Assembly (NCBI GenBank): GCA_010405405.1
Contig: MU004235.1
Coordinates: forward strand, 882,538 to 946,537
DNA length: 64,000 nt
Reading direction: 5' to 3'
From: Microthyrium microscopicum
Lineage: Eukaryota
The notes below the pieces were generated by a model. That model made no database searches. It was not told where the DNA came from and saw only the letters and a list, made by a program, of their open reading frames with translations. Shown one piece after another: positions 1 through 13,489 of the stretch (its first letter is position 1; the number at the start of each line of letters is the position of its first letter). The translations under genes were made by a program, and so were the position numbers.

Positions 1-3000
1 TTAAAAAAGAAGATCTTAAAACTTATCTTAGAATGTTTCTACTAATATTTTAAAGTCTTTAATCTAAAGCATTTAGATATCCTTACGCCTTATTATAGTA
101 AATACAACTATGCTATTAACCTTATTCCTAACGCTAAAATTCTAAAACGCTAACCTATATTAATATTATTAAAATAAGCCTTAGTTATTAAATAATATAT
201 TAAGAGTCTACTTTAGCGCGGTTTTACTATAGGTTTAAAATCTTAATATACTATACTTATGCTTTACGTAAGTAAGTTAGGAAGAGGCATCTATATTTAT
301 ATTAATTACTATAAGTTAAATAATATTACTATTAAAAATAGTAACGTCCTATTGCTTATTAGTAAGACGCTTATACGCCTTATAAAGGTAAAGTATTACT
401 CTAAGTTTAACGTTATTACTACCTTTAAATATATTTATATTAAACTTAGAGATAAATATAAGATAGTATTCTTAATATACTATAACTTATTTAAGTTTAA
501 AGTACTACCCTTTAGCCTTATAGAGGGACTAGGGATATTTTAAGTATATATTAATTATGTACTAATATAGTTTTTAGATAATTTTATAACTATTTATTTA
601 GATAATATTCTAGTATTTAGTAAGATACTAAAAGAATATAATACCTATATATATTTAGTACTAGATATATTAGAACGTATAAGCTTATTCCTTAATATTA
701 AGAAGTTAGAGTTCGCTATTTAAGAAGTAAAATACCTTAGTCTAATTATTACTATAGAAGGTATTAAGATAGACTTTTTAAAAGTTAATATAGTAGTTAA
801 CTAGGAATAATTAAGCTATCTTAAAGATATTTAGGCGTTTCTTAGATTTACTAACTTCTACTAACGATTTATCTTTAATTACTTTGCTATAGTAGTACCC
901 TTAATAAATCTTACTTAGAAGAATACTCTAGCTATATTCCCCTAGGACCCTAATAGGCTTAAGGAATAAGCTTTTAAAAAGCTAAAAATAGACTTTACTA
1001 GTATATTAATTCTATAATACTTTAATTATATTAAGGAAACTTAGATAGAGATAGATATATTAAATTAGGCTTATGTTACTATATTATTATAGAAAGATAT
1101 AAATAGTAATCTAAGACTAGTTACCTTCCTCTCTAAAAAGATATTACTAGCAGAATATAATTACGATATCTATAATAAAGAACTACTTACTATCATTCGC
1201 GCCTTTAAGGAGTAGGAACCTAAGTTGTTTAGTACTAAAGATATTATAAAGGTATTCTTAGATTATTAGAATCTTTAAACCTTTATAAAGACTAAGAAGC
1301 TTATACGCCATTAAATGTGCTAGGCTAAATTCCTATTATAATTCTACTTTTTAATTAAATATTATTCTAGTAAAGATAATAGTAAAGCTAATACTTTAAT
1401 CTAAAAATTATAAGACGTACTCTAAAGTAATAAAGACCTATAGGTTAAGTAATAGTACTAACTACTCCTATTTCTATATTAATTTAGTACTAAACAAGCT
1501 ATTAAGCTAGCTATAATCCTTATTAACCTAATTACCTTATCCTTTATATAGATAGCTATACTTACGTTAAATAAGTTAGATATTACTATAGTAGGGGAGT
1601 CTAATTTAGAACTTATTATAAAGAGCTCTTAGAATAAAGCTCTAGCTAGTTTAGATAATTTGCTACTAGTTAATACTAAATTCCTAGATTTTAACCTAGA
1701 GTAGTTTATATAGAAAGTAATAAAAGCGAGTAAGGGAGATAAGTTACTAATTACAATTTAACTAGCAAAGGCATAGAAAGACTACTTCTTACTCTTTAGT
1801 ATACTAAATTAAGATTAAATTAAGTTAATAGATTATAAAGCTCTACTAAATAGTACTATCCTCTATTAATAGAAGCTATTTATACTAATAATGTATTTAC
1901 GAAATAAAGTAATAAAATAAGCGTATTAATATAAAGTTATAAGTTATAAAGGAACTATAATAACCTACTACTACCTTTAACGAGATTATTAGTAGCTAAG
2001 AATATTAAAATATATTAAGAAATATATTAAAGGTTATTACTATATTTTTTTAAAACTAGTACGCTAAAAGAAGTAAGGGCTTCTTTACTTATTCCCTCTA
2101 CTAGATTAGGCTTAGTCTAATATCTCTATAGACTTTACTATCTTACTACTACGCTATACCTACTAGGGTATAGTTTACTAGTATATTATAGTTATTATTA
2201 ATTATTTAACGTAATTATAATAGTTTATTATACTTTTAAGTCTTTTAGTAGAAATGATAGTTATAGTATTTATTAATTAAGTATAGAAGCTATATAGTTA
2301 GCTAGACTCTATCCTTTTAGATTAAGGAACTTAATTTATATCTACCTTCTAGAGTTGCTTATATAAACGTATAGGCGTTATATTAAGATTAAGTACTATA
2401 TAGTATCTAGAGTCTAATAGTATTACTAAAATAACTATTACTACTTTAAAATAGTATCTTAAATCCTTTATTAATTAGGATTAGGATAATTAGGTAGCCC
2501 TATTACTATTCGCTAAATTTATAATAAATTCTACTATAAGTGCTACTACTAGTTTTATACCTTTTAAGGCATAAAATAGTTTTCTACTAAAATTAGGACT
2601 TAAGTCTACTTACTATTTACTACCTAAAGCGTTATACGCTTCTATTATAGCGCGTAAAAAAGTTATTACTACTAATTAAGTATAGAATAGTTAAAAGAAG
2701 CTTTATAAGTTCTTAAAGAAGTAATTAGTATAGGCTTAGGCTTAATAAAAGCTCTACGCTAATAAGCATTAATATTTAGTACTAGATCTCTATCTTAGGA
2801 ACTAGGTACGACTTAACGTTTAAAATTATAATATAACTTACTCTTTAAAAACCCTTAATAGCAAAAACGCTAGTCTCTTTAAGGTATTACGCAAAATTAA
2901 TAAAGTAACTTATAAATTAGATCTTCTTAAATTAATAAAGATATACCTAGTGTTCTATGCCTAGCTACTATATCTAATTAATAATAATATATACTTATTA

Positions 3001-3855
3001 TAAGAATTAAACCTACCCCTAGTAGTTATTAGAAAAAAAGAAAGTAAAGAAGAATAGCTTATTAATGCTATTATTAATAGTAAATAGAATAGTAGAAGTA
3101 AGAATAAGGTACTTAAATATAAGATTAAATAAATAGGATTTTATAACAAAACTTAGTAGCCCTAGAAAGATACTATTAATATACCTAATACTATATTAGA
3201 ATTCTATAGGCTTTATCCTTAGAAGCCTAGTCTATACCCTTCTTAGTCTCTACTAGTAAATAAAGTTAAAGAAAAAGATTATAATACTAATAGACTACCT
3301 ATAGATTAAGATTATATAGTATAAAAAACGTTATATTTATTTATTTTTACTAATAGTATTATACCCCTAGTTTAGTTTTTAATTTATGCTACTAAAGAGA
3401 TTATAGAATACTACAAACTAGCTTAAATAGATATTCTCTTTTTTATTAAATAGATTTAGATAGTACTAAGGTAAATAGATAGCATATTACTATATCCCTT
3501 AATAATAATATATATAAAGAAGTTTTATATTTATATAGACTAGCCTAGCCTAGCCTAGATTAGCTTAGACTAGACTAGAATAGATTAGATTAGAATATAG
3601 CCTATAAAGTCTATTTTAGAAGAAGAGAGTTATATAAGGAATCTTTATAGGTTTAGTATTATAGTATTTAGATACTAAGATCTAATCCTATAGATAAAAT
3701 CTCTTTATCTCATTTAGGGTTAGTATATCTAAGGATATCCCAAGCTCCTACTTCTTTACATCCATAGCTATATCTCTAGATCTCTTCTCTCTATACTTAG
3801 ATCCTACAATACTAGCTACTTTCTGCTTGCCTATCGCGCTCATTAGCTCCTTACA
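1..3855 (+). mobile_element. Ty3/Gypsy chromovirus-type LTR retrotransposon, family A, RIP-inactivated; 5' part lies outside the window
   Basis: De-RIP reading gives RT (YLD[D]ILVFS near 595-620), RNase H (NYDIY[D]KELL near 1158), integrase (about 2100-2600) and a chromodomain (about 3050-3230), in Gypsy order. A polypurine tract at about 3619-3630 precedes a 3' LTR ending ...ccttaca. Colinear with the inverted copy at 33139-40850. Confidence 0.95.
3633..3855 (+). repeat. 3' LTR of Gypsy family A (about 223 bp)
   Basis: Matches the reverse complement of 33139-33362 and 40627-40850; follows a PPT; ends in CA. Confidence 0.92.
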
Positions 3856-6800
3856 ACATAAAACTATATTTCTAACTTACTATAAGTTATATAAATTTAA
3901 AGTTATACTCTTTAGCCTTACTAAAGCTCTAAAAACTTTCTAAGCTTATCTTAACTATATTCTAATTAATTACCTAAATAACTTTATTATAAGCTATATA
4001 AACGATCTATTAGTCTTTAGCAATATTAAAGCTAGCTATATTACCTATACCTATCTAGTCTTAGAAGTAATAAATAAAGTAGGACTATACTTAGATATCT
4101 AGAAGTATAAATTTAATACTTAATAAGTTAAATACCTTAGCTTAATTATTACTACTAAAGATATTAAGATAGACCTAAAAAAGGTTTAAAGTATAGTTAA
4201 CTAGTAACATTCCTTTTTAGTAAAAAATATTTAAGCTTTCCTTAGCTTTACTAATTTTTATTACTAATTTATTCTTAAATATTTAAAGACTATAATACTA
4301 CTAATAGTACTTATAAAGAAAGATGCTATAGTAATCTTTCTATAAAACTCTAATAAGCTAGAGGAACGTGCCTTTAAGAAGCTAAAATAAGACTTTACGT
4401 TTACTAAGATATTACGTTACTTTAACTATATAAAAGAAATATAGTTAGAGATAGACGCCTTAAATTAGATTTATATTATAGTCCTCTCTTAAAAAGGTAA
4501 TAATAAAAAGCTTTATTTAGTTATATACCTCTTAAAGAAGATAATCCTAGTAAAATATAATTATAATATTTATAATAAAGAGCTCTTAGTTATTATCTAT
4601 ATATTTAAGAAGTAAGAACTAGAGCTATTTAGCTCTATTAACTCTATTTAAGTATTTTTTAATTACTATAACCTTTAGACGTTTATAATAATAAAACGTC
4701 TCTCTTAATAATAAGCTAGATAAGTTAAATTTCTCTCCTAGTTTTACTTTAAGATAAAGTACTACCTAAGTATAGCTAATAGAAAGGTAGATACCCTTAC
4801 CTATTAATTATAAGATATTCTATAAAGTAATAACGACTCTTACGTCTCTTAATAAATTTAACCTTTACTATTCTTATATTAATTTAATATAGAGTACGTA
4901 GTAAAGCTAGCTATATTACTTATTAAATCTACCTACCTCTTAATACTATACTTAGCTATTATTACTTAAGATAAGTTAGATATTTCTAATCCTATAGGTA
5001 AGCTACTTAATCCTATAGAAGAGTTTTTTAGTAATAATAAGGTGCCTAAGGATAAGCTACTTAATCTCTTAAGAGATAATCTATTCCTAGATTTTAATAG
5101 TAACTAATTCCTATAAAATATTATAGACGTAATAAAGTATAATAAAATAATAATTACTATTTACTACGCTAAAACTAATTACTAGCTTTTCTTACCTTTT
5201 AATACTCTAGAATAAGAGTAGATTAAGCTTAGAGACTACATAGTAGCTACTAATAAGATAATCCTCTATTATAACTAAATCTTTATCTCTTAAAGTAAGC
5301 TTTAGCGTCGTACTATATAGAGTACATATAGCTATAAAGCTATAAGCTATAATAAAGTAATAATAACTTACTACTATCTATAAGAAGATTACTAATAGCC
5401 TAAGATATTATAAGATATTAAAAGCTTTATTAAAGGCTATAAATATATATTTACTAAACTTATTTATTAAAAGAAGTAAGGCTTTCTACGTTAATTTCCT
5501 CTTCTTAAGTACGTATAGTCTAATATCTCTATTAACTTTACTATCTTACTACCTTACTATTTATACTAAAGTATAATCTATTAATATATTATAATAGTTA
5601 TTAACTAATATATATAGACTTAATATTTTATCCTACTACTAAATCTATTTATAAACTTAATAGTATTAGCCTTTATTAACTATATATAGAAGCTTATTAG
5701 CTAGCTATTAATAATTCTTTTAGACTATAGTAACTAATTTATCTCTACGTTTTAAAAGCACTTATATAAACGCGTAGGTATAATACTCTATCTTAGTATA
5801 GTATTTTACTCTAAAACTAATAGTATAATAGAAATCTTAGTTACTATACTTAAGTAGTTCTTACGTACGTTTATTAATTAGGATTAAGATAACTAAATAG
5901 CCTTTCTACTCTTTACTAAATTTATAGTTAATTCTACTATAAATACTATTATAGGAGTTATACTTTTTAAAGCTTAAAATAAATTTAATCTTTATTTAGG
6001 CTTTAAGTCCTTATATTACCTCTTAAAATCTATAAATGCCTCTATAGCTACTAATAAAGAAGCTATTAATATAAATATAATATAGAAAGGTTATACTAAG
6101 ATATATAATTACTTAATAGAGTAATTAATCTAGGTATAAGCTTAGTAAGTAGAATACGCTAACTACTATTACTACGTAGCTCTAGACTTATTATTAGGTA
6201 ACTAGGTTTACTTAAATATATAGAACTACCCTATTTTACGTTTTTTAAAGACTTTAGATAATAAGAATATAGGTCTTTTCTATATAATTAAGAAAATTAA
6301 TATTATTATCTATAAACTTAATCTCCTCTCTTCTATAAAGATATATAATATCTTTTACGCTTAGGTCTTTTATTATATTATAAATAACGCTAAGCTACTT
6401 AAGTATACTAATTTATTACTAGTAGTTATTAGAGAAACTATAAATAATAATAAATAGTTTATTAATACTATTATTAATAGCTACTTTACTAGTTAATATA
6501 AGAAGCTATAATATAAGATTAAGTATACTAATTATAATAAAGCTAAATAGTATAATTAGATAGCTACTAAGAATATATTAGAGCTTATTACTAAGTTTTA
6601 TACTTAGTACCTTAGTAAGCTAGGCCTATATTCTACCTAGATACTACTAATACTAAAGCTTACTAGCAATAATATTAATTATAACTCTAATAGCATTCTT
6701 ATTAATTAAAAGAAGTAAATAATTATACTATTAATTCCTTTATACTAATAGGATTACTAATTACTAGACTACTAAGACTTAAGAATTAGAGTATTCTAAG

Positions 6801-7281
6801 GACATCTTAGGGTTTATTAATACTTCTTAATAGTTGCCTTAGTAGGCTAAAGGTTAAGATACTCTAAATAACTAGTAAGGTTAATATTATACTATAAAAG
6901 GATCAAAATATTATTTATTACTAAAAAGTTTGTTAGATAGGACTAGACTAGACTAGACTAGACTAAACTAGACTAGATTAGAATAGAATAGATTAGGAAA
7001 GTAGTTATAATTAATAATCTATAGCTTAGAGAGCTATACTAAAAAGGGGGGTTATATAATAATTCCTCTTTATAGGCTTTATAGTAGTATTATAAGAGAG
7101 ATCTTATTATAAGATTATATACTAGACTTAAGGAGGTTAGCGTGCCTAAGAATCTACTAAGCAAACTTACATTCCTTATAGATTTATAGCTTTTCTAGAT
7201 CTTCTTCTCTCTCTCTCCTATTTATAGATTCTAGAATATAATCTAATTATCTGCTTGCTCTAAGTCCCGTAGCTCGTTATA
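3856..7281 (+). mobile_element. Ty3/Gypsy LTR retrotransposon, family B (3' half), RIP-inactivated, interrupted within RT by the family A copy
   Basis: Resumes mid-RT right after the A LTR (KT.FLT.Y.LY.FKV..F.LT, then Y[M][D]DLLVFS near 3996), followed by RNase H, integrase and chromodomain, PPT aaaaagggggg at 7041-7051 and a distinct LTR. Confidence 0.92.
7055..7281 (+). repeat. 3' LTR of Gypsy family B (about 227 bp)
   Basis: Follows the PPT; termini tataat...gttata are consistent with RIP-mutated tgtgac...gtcaca. No partner LTR in the window, so the bounds are inferred. Confidence 0.7.
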
Positions 7282-9699
7282 CTAAAAACTTCTATTTCTT
7301 TAGCTATAACGTCTTTTAATACTTTTTTACTACTAATTTATATCCCTAAAAGTAATTTCTAGCTTTTAATATAATTATATAAGCTTTAAGACGTTAATAT
7401 AGAGTATTTTAGACTTCTCTATTTATATTATATAAGGTAAAGTTACGTTTTAGTAGGCCTATATTTCTTAGCTTATATACTAAACTATTATATATACTAT
7501 TTAGCTTATTAATTAGTAGAACTACTAACGCTAGAGGCGTAAGTATTTTTTATAAATACTAATTATTTTATAAAACGTATCTATACTTAAATATCTAAGA
7601 GGCTAGCCTACTATTATAGAGCACTATATTTATAAGAATATAAAAAAAGTAAAAAAATAGTATAAGATTAGTACTAGGATATTTAGTACTATTATATAAT
7701 AATTTTATAGGGCTAAATTATATATAAGTTTGTCTTTCTTTATTAAATTAAGTATAACTAATATAATTAAGTAATAAAATTATAATAAAGAAGGTTTAGT
7801 AAAGTAAGATTTTTTAGTATTAAGTAAGAAAGAGACTATAACTTTAATCTAGCTATTATATCTAAGTAGCGCTAAGCTAGTTTATATAGTAAGTAGTATA
7901 TATATTTAAGTCTTACTAAGTTTCTCTATAGCTATATTAAGAGCTAGGTTAATAAGGAAATAATTTTTTTTTAGCTATTTTATAGAAGAAGGAAAAAATA
8001 TTATCTATAATTATCTAAAAAATTTTACGTAACTTAAAATTATATAGAATTCATAGTAATTATTTAAGCTTATACTATATAGTAGTTTTATACCTACGTA
8101 GTCTTATTATAATAATTTAGTAGTAAGTATTACTTTAGAAATAATATTCTACTACTATAGAGTAAGCCTTCTTAGCTAAAAGGCTCTCTCTATTCCTAAT
8201 TCTATACTCTTTAGTATAGTATACTTTTATATATATAAAATTAATTATAAAGCCTACTATACTATTCCTCTTTAGGGACTATTTAAGAAAATATATATAG
8301 TAAAATACTTTATAGTAAAATACTTAATATTTTATTTATAGCGCGCGCTTTATAGATAACTTATTAAAATATATTAAGGTATCTACCTTTTATAAGGAGA
8401 TACCTTATATAAGAGATTAAGATATTATTTTACTTATTATATAAGGAATTAAGATATTATTTTACTTATTATATATATTTATTTTAGTAAAATAAAAAGA
8501 ATAACTTATAGTTACTTTTTAAAGTACTATTTAATAATTACTTAGCTTTAAGGTAGCTATAACTAGTAGAGATTATTAGTCTAACCTATTTTTATAACTT
8601 AGTCTAGTTTTCTAAATATATAGGTATTAACTAGCTAGAATAGCTATAAAGCTTTTTTATTACTAAGTAGTATTATTTAATACTACGTATTACTTAGATA
8701 AGTAAAGCTTTTTATAATAAAGCTTATTAAGTAGTATATTTATACTAATACTTAGTAAAATTACTATAAAGGTATCTTAGTAGATCTTAATTAATATTAA
8801 GACCCTTTTAGGATAATAATATTATAATAATTTTTATAACTATTTATACTTTAGTATTTATTATTAAAGATATCTTATTATATTTTATTAGTTACCCTTC
8901 TTTAATACGCTTTCTAGAAAAAATTAAAATAATAAGGTATTTTTTATATTAATTTTTTTTTTTAAAAAAAAGTCTTAACGTCTTTAACGTTAATACGTTC
9001 TATATTAATATATTATATTGCGCTAGGTTAATCTATAGCAATATAGGTAGTTTTTAACTATTAATTAATTAGTATTTTAGTTATACTAAATACTATAACT
9101 ACTTATTACTTAGAGATATTATATATAAGATATAAATAATATTACTATCCTTTATTAGTTATAGCCTACTATAGACTACTATCTATAATAGGCTTATTAA
9201 TAACGATTGATTACCTCCTTATTTAGAGATTTTATCTTATAAATAGGCTTACTAGTTATAATAGAGTAATTCTAATATACTTTTTAAGTTTAATTTTATT
9301 CTTTCTTTACCTATTTTACTAACGATACTCTCTTAAAGTTATAGTTCTATATAACTTATTATGCTTATATAGTAGTTATACTCTAGTCTAGGGTATAGTA
9401 ATTAGGTTATTTTATATATTAGAAGAGCTTATATTTTATAATATAGAGGAAAGTTAGTTAAAAACTAGTATATTATTTAAATACTATTTAAACTAAATAT
9501 TAGTAAGTTAGTATTTAGAAGGAAGGTTACCTAAAAACTAAAGCTAACTACTACAATTTTCTATTATAATTTTTATTTAAACTAGGCTCTTTAAAGATTT
9601 TCTAATATTATTATAGCCTTATTATTATTATATATAGAGATAATTCTATACGTTACTCTATATCCTTAAAAAGTATAAGCACTATATTAAGAATAATAT

Positions 9700-12315
9700 A
9701 AATAGTATAAGTAAGTTATAGAATTATTAATCTATATAAACTATAGGTTCTTAATTTTATTAAGAGTATTCCTATCTATAAAAAGTAATTCTACCTTAAT
9801 CTAGTATTAATAAGTATATCTAATATATTAGCCCTAATATATAATAAAGGTTATACTCTTTACTTTAGTATAAAGTATATATCTTTTTTAAGAAGATTAA
9901 GTTTATTAGGTAAAGACTTTAAGTAGCCTTATTAAGATAATTTAACTATATTATTTATTAGNNNNNNNNNNTAGAAATCTTAGTATATATTATTAATCTA
10001 AAGTAGTAAATATTATTATTAAAAGAATATAGATATAGAAGCCTCTAAAAAAATAGAGAAACTTTATTACTTAGTATATAATTAGTAGTATATTATAAGA
10101 AAGGTAAAGATATACTTTCTATTAATATATACTAGATAATATAAATAGATATTAATAAATATTATTATTAGTTTATTAATATATAGAGGTAGGCTAGTTA
10201 ATTACTTCTAAATATCTTTATTTAAGTAGCGTTCTCTTTAAGTTAAAAAGTATTAGTTCTTAGTAAGTAGAAGTAATAATTATAGTATATATCTAAATAC
10301 TAAATAATTAAATAGTAAAAGAGTAGCTTAGAGTTAGCTAATATTTAAAAATATATTACTAGCTATAGTAGTTACTAACTAGTTATTATGCTTATTTATA
10401 AAGAAATATTATAAAATCTAAGTAGTTAAACTTTTAACTTATAAAGCTTATATATTTATCTACTTTGTTACTTAGTAATAATTAATAACTTTAAGAATAA
10501 ACTAAGGATTTATTTAGGATATTTAGAAGTATAGAATAATAAGCTTATATTTTATATATTATAACTAATAGAAATAAAAATATAAAAAGTATATTATAGG
10601 CTATTCTTTACTAGATTTAAGCTTATAATATACGCTTTAGGTAAGTCCTAAATTTACTTTATTATCTACTAATCTACTTTAAGATAGTAGAGATTACTTT
10701 TAGTATCCTTATTTATTTTAGTAATTATTTTTTAATATATTTACTTTTACTTATTATTACTACGCTTAAAATAGTAAAGTAAATATACTACTTTGCCTAT
10801 TCTAAATACTTATTATATATTTAGTTCTTTTATTTTTTTAAGAAGTCTTCTATTTATAGAGATAGTATTATATTAATAAATTAAAGCTAATTATAAACTT
10901 AGATATATATTATAAATATTAATTAGAGTATAGCTAATAGTACTTCTTTTTAGAAAGATAGTTATATTTAATATAATAGTATATCTCTACTAAAGACTTT
11001 ATTATATATATACTAATAAAGTACTAGATCCTTACTTACTATATTATTAATTAAAGTAGTACTTTATATAGAAAAAATATATATTAGTAATAAAATAACT
11101 AATAGGTAAGAATTTATCTACTTCTTTCTACTATTAAAAAGAATACTAACTTAATATTAAACTAATAAAAATTCTAATTTAGGTAAGTATTAGCTCTTTT
11201 AAAGCTATATTAGACCTTAATTATTCTTTTAATTTATTTAAGAGGTAGTTAAGGTCTAATATTAAAAGATAAAAACTTAAAAATACTAGAGGTAGTATAT
11301 ATAAGTTAAATTTAACTCTTTTTTAATATAGTATATCTTTTAGTAGTATATTATTTAAAATAAAGAATAAATTAAAATTATAAGTTAATATAAGTATAAC
11401 TTTTTCTAAGTCTTACTCTATAATTAAAGTTACTACTTTATAAGACATTTTAATATAGAAGTATTTAGCTAAAAAGTCTTTAAAATAAATAAAGCTTATA
11501 TATTCTTAGCTACTCTCTTAGTTTACTAAGAAGTAGTTAAGAATTTATAAGCTTTATTTCGTTCTATATATTATCTTAATAATATTTACTCTAAGGGTTA
11601 TAGATTTAATTAAGTTCTTAATATAATACTAATAACTAAATATAAATTAATATAATATAATATTAAATTAAAGAATCTTATCTAGAGCTTTTCTATAAAG
11701 ATCTTTAGCGCTATATAAATAGTAAAAAGAAATTAAATATTTTTAGAATATATTTAAAAGTAGAGAAGATAAAAATATATATAGATTATAATAGTAATAT
11801 AATAGGCTTATTAATTAAGTTTAGTAACTTAAATTTTTTAAAAGATAAAGATATATTAATATTATTAATACGCTTTTAAAGTAGACTATAAAGATTATAT
11901 AGGTAAATAAAAAGAATTCTTAAAAGTATAAGTAAGACTAAGATAAGCTTTATTTAGATAGATAGTACTAAATAGAAAGAGCATTACTAACTTATTTATA
12001 TTTTAAATAACGCTAAAAAAATTAATATATCTTTAAGAGCTTTAAAAAAGATAAATAAAGTAAAGATTAAGAAAGAATAAAGAGAGAATAAGTAATTAGT
12101 TTAAGAGGTTAACTTTAATAAAGGTTATCCTCTTTATGAGTATAATAATAAGAAGTTATTAAAGTACTATTATAAATTTAATAATAAAGATATAAATAAC
12201 TATATTATATATAAAGAAAAAAATAGAGTTACTTTTAATTAGAAAGTCTTAAAAGTATATAGTCTAGATATTAAAGAACTTATTACTTTTACCTTTAAGT
12301 ACCTAGTAGCCTAAT
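9700..12315 (+). pseudogene. RIP-destroyed, intron-containing gene resembling a Crypton/Ndc10-type tyrosine recombinase
   Basis: Manual de-RIP gives motifs in the expected order: DLRSL.IYLLCH (about 10435), EIKTQK (10570), intron gtaagt...taag at 10641-10683, ARNSK..MPLCPF..L.MYL (10785), LEYSQQ (10925), ISTKDFITHI (10985), HW...D...RIYL (11085). The catalytic residues are not securely recovered. Confidence 0.4.
9962..9971. other. Assembly gap (10 N)
   Basis: Run of N in the sequence. Confidence 1.
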
Positions 12316-13489
12316 AATTAACTTTATTAACTCTTCTTAAGTTATTTCTTACTAACTAATATTATATCTATTTTAAAAAAGACTATAACTCCTTTATAAA
12401 TTAGTAGCCTAAGAAAGTTTATTAAAATTAGAGTTAGAGCTTAATAACTATTATTATATATTCTAGTAAGTAGCTAATAGTATTAGATAGAAATATAACT
12501 AATTTTTTATAAAATTATATTAATACTTAAACCCTAACTTCCTTAACTTCTAGATTTATAGTTTAATATAGCTTTTAATTAATTTAATTTTTAGTTAATA
12601 ATTCTAGTTCTAGTAGTATTTATAGCAATATTATATAAATTCCTTAAGCTTATTTCTTAACTATTTTATCTTTATATTATAGTTTTCTATATTATATTTT
12701 ATAACTTCTACTTAATATATTATATTAATTATTATGCTTACTAACGTTTATTTAGGTTTAACTTATAAGTTAATAAACTACTTAAGAATTCTAAGGATAT
12801 TAGTTTAGTAAAATAAAGATAAAGTATAATAGTTTAATAAGCTAGTTACTTATTATTTTATAGTATATACGTAGCCCTATATAAGGATATATTATTAGAT
12901 TAGTTAGCCTTATTTTAGAAAGGGCTAACGCCCTTACTAAGATTTAGTCCTATTTAAGTTTAAAGTCTATATATTAAAGGGCATAATACTTAAGGCTTAA
13001 AAGAAGATTACTTAGTTACCTTTAAAGAATAATTTTAAGAAACTAGAATTTATTATAGTCTATTTAAGTTATAAGTAGCTTATAGTTTAGTAAGCCTAGT
13101 ATAGGATCTATTTACTAAATATAGCTTAATCTTAGTTATAGCATTACTACTTAGAAGAAACTTTAATTAATACTAACTTACTTTAGTACTAAAGAGTAGC
13201 TAAAGTAATAAAAGCCTATAGTATACCCTATTTATTATAGTTTACTTATTATTAGTCCTATTAGAAATCTCTTATTTTATACTAAATATAGTATATAGTA
13301 CTTAATAATAAAGATTTATAGCGCCTAATCTTTTAGTAAAGTCTTTAAAATAAATAAGTAAAAATCTTTAATTTAAAGAAAGGATCTATATCTATAAAGC
13401 TAAAATAATAAATATCTAAAATTATAGTAAGTATATAGAATATAATAAGTATATATTAATACTACTAAGAAATAAAAAAACTTAATAAA

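Noticed and set aside
259..543. 94-aa ORF in the track
   Set aside because: A chance stop-free stretch of RIP-mutated Gypsy reverse transcriptase, not an independent gene.
3535..3600. Short repeat arrays as CRISPR-like structures
   Set aside because: Simple pentamer tandem repeats without spacers, in eukaryotic retrotransposon UTRs.
9160..9172. tatagcctac as the left TIR of the IS3EU-like element
   Set aside because: The match to the right terminus does not extend past about 10 bp and no matching TSD precedes it.
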